Below, piece after piece: positions 60,481 through 64,000 of a DNA stretch of 64,000 nucleotides (position 1 is its first letter; each line of letters starts with the position of its first letter). The stretch covers positions 10,478,001 through 10,542,000 of the forward strand of contig OZ024741.1 in the NCBI GenBank assembly GCA_964016885.1, read 5' to 3'. The notes under the pieces are model-generated. The model was not told the origin of the DNA. It was given only the letters and a program-made list of their open reading frames with translations, and made no database searches. The DNA comes from Eledone cirrhosa. Its lineage: Eukaryota. Position numbers and translations under genes: made by a program.

Positions 60481-63400
60481 GGTGGAGGTGATAGTGGTGG
60501 AGGTGGTGGTGTTGGTGTTGTTGGTGGTGGTGGTGATAGTGGAGTTGGTGGTGTTGGTGTTGTTGGTGGTGGTGGTGATAGTGTTGGAGGGGGTAGTGTT
60601 GGTGTTGTTGGTGGTGGTGGTGATAGTGGTGGAGTTGGTGGTGTTGGTGTTGTTGGTGGTGGACGTGATAGTGGTGGAGGTGGTGGTGTTGGTGTTGTTG
60701 GTGGTGGTGGTGATAGTGGTGGTGGTGGTGGTGTTGGTGTCGTTGGTGGTGGTGGTGATAGTGGTGGTGGTGGTGGTGTTGGTGTCGTTGGTGGTGGTGG
60801 TGATAGTGGTGGTGGTGGTGGTGTTGGTGTCGTTGGTGGCGGTGGTGATAGTGGTGGAGGTGGTGGTGTTGCTGTTGTTGGTGGTGGTGGTGATAGTGGT
60901 GGTGGTGGTGGTGGTGTTGGTGTTGTTGGTGGTGGTGGTGATAGGGGTGGAGGTGGTGGTGTTGGTGTTGTTGGTGGTGGCGGTGATAGTGGTGGTGGTG
61001 TTGATGTCGTTGGTGGTGGTGGTGATAGTGGTGGAGGTGGTGGTGTTGGTGTTGTTGGTGGTGGTGGTGATAGTGGTGGTGGTGGTGGTGTTGGTGTTGT
61101 TGTTGGTGGTGGTGGTGTTGGTGTCGTTGGTGGTGGTGGTGTTGATAGTGGTGGAGGTGGTGGCGTTGGTGTCGTTGGTGGTGGTGGTGATAGTGGTGGC
61201 GGTGGTGGTGTTGGTGTCGTTGGTGGCGGTGGTGATAGTGGTGGAGAGGGTAGTGTTGGTGTTGTTGGTGGTGGAGGTGATAGTGGTGGAGGTGGTGGCG
61301 TTTGTGTCGTTGGTGGTGATAGTGGTAGAGGTGGTGGTGTTGGTGTTGTTGGTGGTGGTGATAGTGTTGGAGTTGGTGGTGTTGGTGTTGGTGGTGGTGG
61401 TGATAGTGGTGGAGGTGGAGGTGTTGGTGTTGTTGGTGGTGGTGGTGATAGTGGTGGAGGTGGTGGTGTTGGTGTCGTTGGTTGTGATAGTGGTGGAGGT
61501 GGTGGTGTTGGTATTGTTGGTGGTGGTGGTGATAATGGTGGAGGTGGTGGTGGTGGTGTTGTTGGTGGCGGTGGTGATAGTGGTGGAGATGGTGGTGTTG
61601 GTGTTGTTGGTGGTGGTGGTGATAGTGGTGGAGGTGGTGGTGTTGGTGTCGTTGGTTGTGATAGTGGTGGAGGTGGTGGTGTTGATATTGTTGGTGGTGG
61701 TGGTGATAGTGGTGGAGGTGGTGGTGGTGGTGTTGTTGGTGGCGGTGGTGATAGTGGTGGAGGTGGTGGTGTTGGTATTGTTGGTGGTGGTGGTGATAGT
61801 GGTGGAGGTGGTGGTGTTGGTATTGTTGGTGGTGGTGGTGATAGTGGTGGAGGTGGTGGTGGTGGTGTTGTTGGTGGCGGTGGTGATAGTGGTGGAGGTG
61901 GTGGTGTTGTTGTTGTTGGTGGTGGTGGTGATAGTGGTGGAGGTGGTGATGTTGGTGTTGTTGTTGGTGGTGGTGGTGGTGTTGGTGTCGTTGGTTGTGA
62001 TAGTGGTGGAGGTGGTGGTGTTGGTGTTGTTGGTGGTGGAGGTGATAGTGGTGGAGGTGGTGGTGTTGGTGTTGTTGGTGGTGGTGGTGATAGTGGAGTT
62101 GGTGGTGTTGGTGTTGTTGGTGGTGGCGGTGTTTGTGGTGGAGGTGGTGGTGTTGGTGTTGTTGGTGGTGGTGGTGATAGTGGTGGAGTTGGTGGTGTAG
62201 GTGTTGTTGGTGGTGATAGTGGTGGAGGTGGTGGTGTTGGTGTTGTTGGTGGTGGTGGTGATAGTGGTGGAGGTGGTGGTGTTGGTGTCGTTGGTGGTGG
62301 TGGTGATAGTGGTGGAGGTGGTAGTGTTGGTGTCGTTGGTGGTGGTGGTGATAGTGGTGGAGGTGGTGGTGTTGGTGTTGTTGGTGGTGATAGTGGTGGA
62401 GGTGGTAGTGTTGGTGTCGTTGGTGGTGGTGGTGATAGTGGTGGAGGTGGTGGTGTTGGTGTCGTTGGTGGTGGTGGTGATAGTGGTAGAGGTGGTGGTG
62501 TTGGTGTTGTTTGTGGTGGAGGTGATAGTGGTGGAGGTGGTGGTGTTGGTGTTGTTGGTGGTGGAGGTGATAGTGGTGGAGGTGGTGGTGTTGGTGTCGT
62601 TGGTGTTGGTGGTGATACTGGTGGAGGTGGTGGTGTTGGTGTTGTTGGTGGTGGTGGTGATAGTGGTGGAGGTGGTGGTGTTGGTGTCGTTGGTGGTGGT
62701 GGTGATAGTGGTGGAGGTGGTGGTGTTGGTGTTGTTGGTGGTGGAGGTGATAGAGGTGGAGGTGGTGGTGTTGGTGTTGTTGGTGGTGGTGGTGATAAGG
62801 GTGGAGGTGGTGGTGTTGGTGTCGTTGGTGGTGGTGGTGATAGTGGTGGAGGTGGTGGTGTTGGTGTTGTTGGTGGTGGTGGTGATAGTGGTGGAGGAGG
62901 TAGTGTTGGTGTTGTTGGTGGTGGTGGTGATAGTGGTGGAGGGGGTAGTGTTGGTGTTGTTGGTTGTGGTGGTGATAGTGGTGAAGGTGGTGGTGTTGGT
63001 GTTGTTGGTGGTGGTGGTGATAGTGCTGGAGGTGGTGGTGTTGGTGTTGTTGGTGGTGGAGGTGATAGTGGTGGAGGTGGTGGTGTTGGTGTTGTTGGTG
63101 GTGGTGGTGATAGTGGTGGTGGTGGTGGTGTTGGTGTCGTTGGTGGTGGTGGTGGTGTTGGTGTCGTTGGTGGTGGTGGTGATAGTGGTGGAGGTTGTGG
63201 TGTTGGTGTCGTTGGTGGTGGTGGTGATAGTGGTGGTGGTGGTGGTGTTGGTGTCGTTGGTGGTGGTGGTGATAGTGGTGGAGAGGGTAGTGTTGGTGTT
63301 GTTGGTGGTGGAGGTGATAGTGGTGGAGGTGGTGGTGTTTGTGTCGTTGGTGGTGATAGTGGTGGAGGTGGTGGTGTTGGTGTTGTTGGTGGTGGTGGTG

Positions 63401-64000
63401 ATAGTGGTGGAGGTGGTGGTGTTGGTGTTGTTGGTTGTGGTGGTGATAGTGGTGGAGGTGGAGGTGTTGGTGTTGTTGGTGGTGGGGGTGATAGTGGTGG
63501 AGGTGGTGGTGTTGGTGTTGTTGGTGGTGGTGGTTATAGTGGTGGAGGTCGTTGTGTTGGTGTTGTTGGTGGTGGTGGTGATAGTGGTGGAGATGATGGT
63601 GTTGGTGTTGTTGGTGGTGGTGGTGATAGTGGTGGAGGGGGTAGTGTTGGTGTTGTTGTTGGTGGTGGTGATAGTGGTGGAGGTGGTGGTGTTGGTGTTG
63701 TTGGTGGTGATAGTGGTGGAGGTGGGATTGTTGGTGTCGTTGGTGGTGGTGGTGGTGGTGGTGATAGTGGTGGAGGTGGTGGTGTTGGGGTTGTTGTTGG
63801 TGGTGGTGGTAGTGGTGTTGGTGTTGTTGGTGGTGGTGTTGATAGTGGTAGAGGTGGTGGTGTTGGTGTTGTTGGTGGTGGTGGTGATAGTGGTGGAGGT
63901 CGTTGTGTTGGTGTTGTTGGTGGTGGTGGTGATAGTGGTGGAGTTGATGTTGTTGGTGTTGTTGGTGGTGGTGGTGATAGTGGTGGAGGAGGTAGTGTTG

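Larger units (their letters stand above)
1..64000 (+). repeat. Tandem satellite/minisatellite array, 45-bp consensus GATAGTGGTGGAGGTGGTGGTGTTGGTGTTGTTGGTGGTGGTGGT, (GGT)n-derived; extends beyond both window edges
   Basis: The GATAGT anchor recurs every 45 bp (positions 6, 51, 96 ...) from the first to the last line. Length variants are mostly multiples of 3 (e.g. 9, 18, 39, 42, 48 bp). I saw no non-repeat segment and no inverted (ACC-rich) segment on the + strand. Confidence 0.99.
40780..64000 (+). repeat. Long-range duplication: ~40780-44980 recurs at ~59720-64000 (core offset 19,067 bp)
   Basis: GGACGT at 41594/60661, GGTGTTTGTG at 43061/62128 and GATAAGGG at 43727/62794 are all offset 19067. 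GGGATT at 44702/63724 is offset 19022 (one monomer lost). The GCT of GTTGCTGG at 40937/59884 is offset 18947 (a 120-bp insertion in the right copy). Confidence 0.92.

Noticed and set aside
108-62200. Very long + strand Val/Leu-rich and Gly-rich ORFs (up to 2411 aa) as protein-coding genes
   Set aside because: They are direct translations of the repeat. Their starts are mostly GTG/TTG triplets inside monomers, their composition flips at indels, overlapping frames are equally open, and they contain no non-repetitive domain. Thousands of residues of poly-Val are not a plausible protein.
1-64000. CRISPR array (regular ~45-bp periodicity with a constant GATAGT anchor)
   Set aside because: There are no unique spacers; the whole unit is repeated. 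There is also no leader, no palindromic repeat and no cas gene.
1-64000. Telomeric repeat tract (G/T-rich strand)
   Set aside because: No canonical telomerase motif (TTAGGG, TTAGG, TTTAGGG, TG1-3) is tandemly repeated. A heterogeneous 45-bp unit with kb-scale duplications is not typical telomerase output. A subtelomeric location cannot be excluded.
1-64000. Shine-Dalgarno-like GGAGGT in nearly every monomer followed by GTG
   Set aside because: It is an intrinsic part of the repeat (GGA GGT). No bacterial gene context supports a translation-initiation role.
1-64000. Pure sequencing artefact or synthetic low-complexity sequence
   Set aside because: Rare substitutions and indels recur in identical order at fixed multi-kb offsets with nested genealogies, which fits real array evolution. 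Individual large duplications could still be assembly errors.

Overview
The whole 64 kb window is one uninterrupted, single-orientation tandem repeat array. I see no unique flanking DNA, and I cannot support any gene, RNA gene, transposon or CRISPR array. The consensus monomer is 45 bp (15 triplets): GAT AGT GGT GGA GGT GGT GGT GTT GGT GTT GTT GGT GGT GGT GGT. It looks like a (GGT)n-microsatellite-derived minisatellite/satellite, with an estimated 1,400-1,500 copies. The + strand consensus has 25 G, 17 T, 3 A and 0 C. The very long ORFs in the track follow from the monomer being 3n long and stop-free in five of six frames: + Gly/Val/Asp/Ser, + Val/Leu, - Thr/Asn, - Pro/Thr and - His/Gln. They switch composition at recurrent +/-1 bp indels, so I do not call them genes. 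The real structure is a nested history of duplications that can be read from rare variants, with offsets of 243, 267, 437-440, ~501, 699, 926, 1695, 2190-2235, 2688, 3522, 4857, 5410, 7000 and ~19,067 bp. There are also families of inherited frameshift alleles, some of them paired and phase-restoring. I did not find a convincing novel multi-gene system. The best open leads are (i) whether a frame, especially the ~16 kb apparently stop-free minus-strand frame at the right end, is expressed as a mucin/extensin-like repeat protein, and (ii) possible G-quadruplex/R-loop behaviour. A eukaryotic origin is likely but is inference only. All positions were counted by hand, and block boundaries are approximate.
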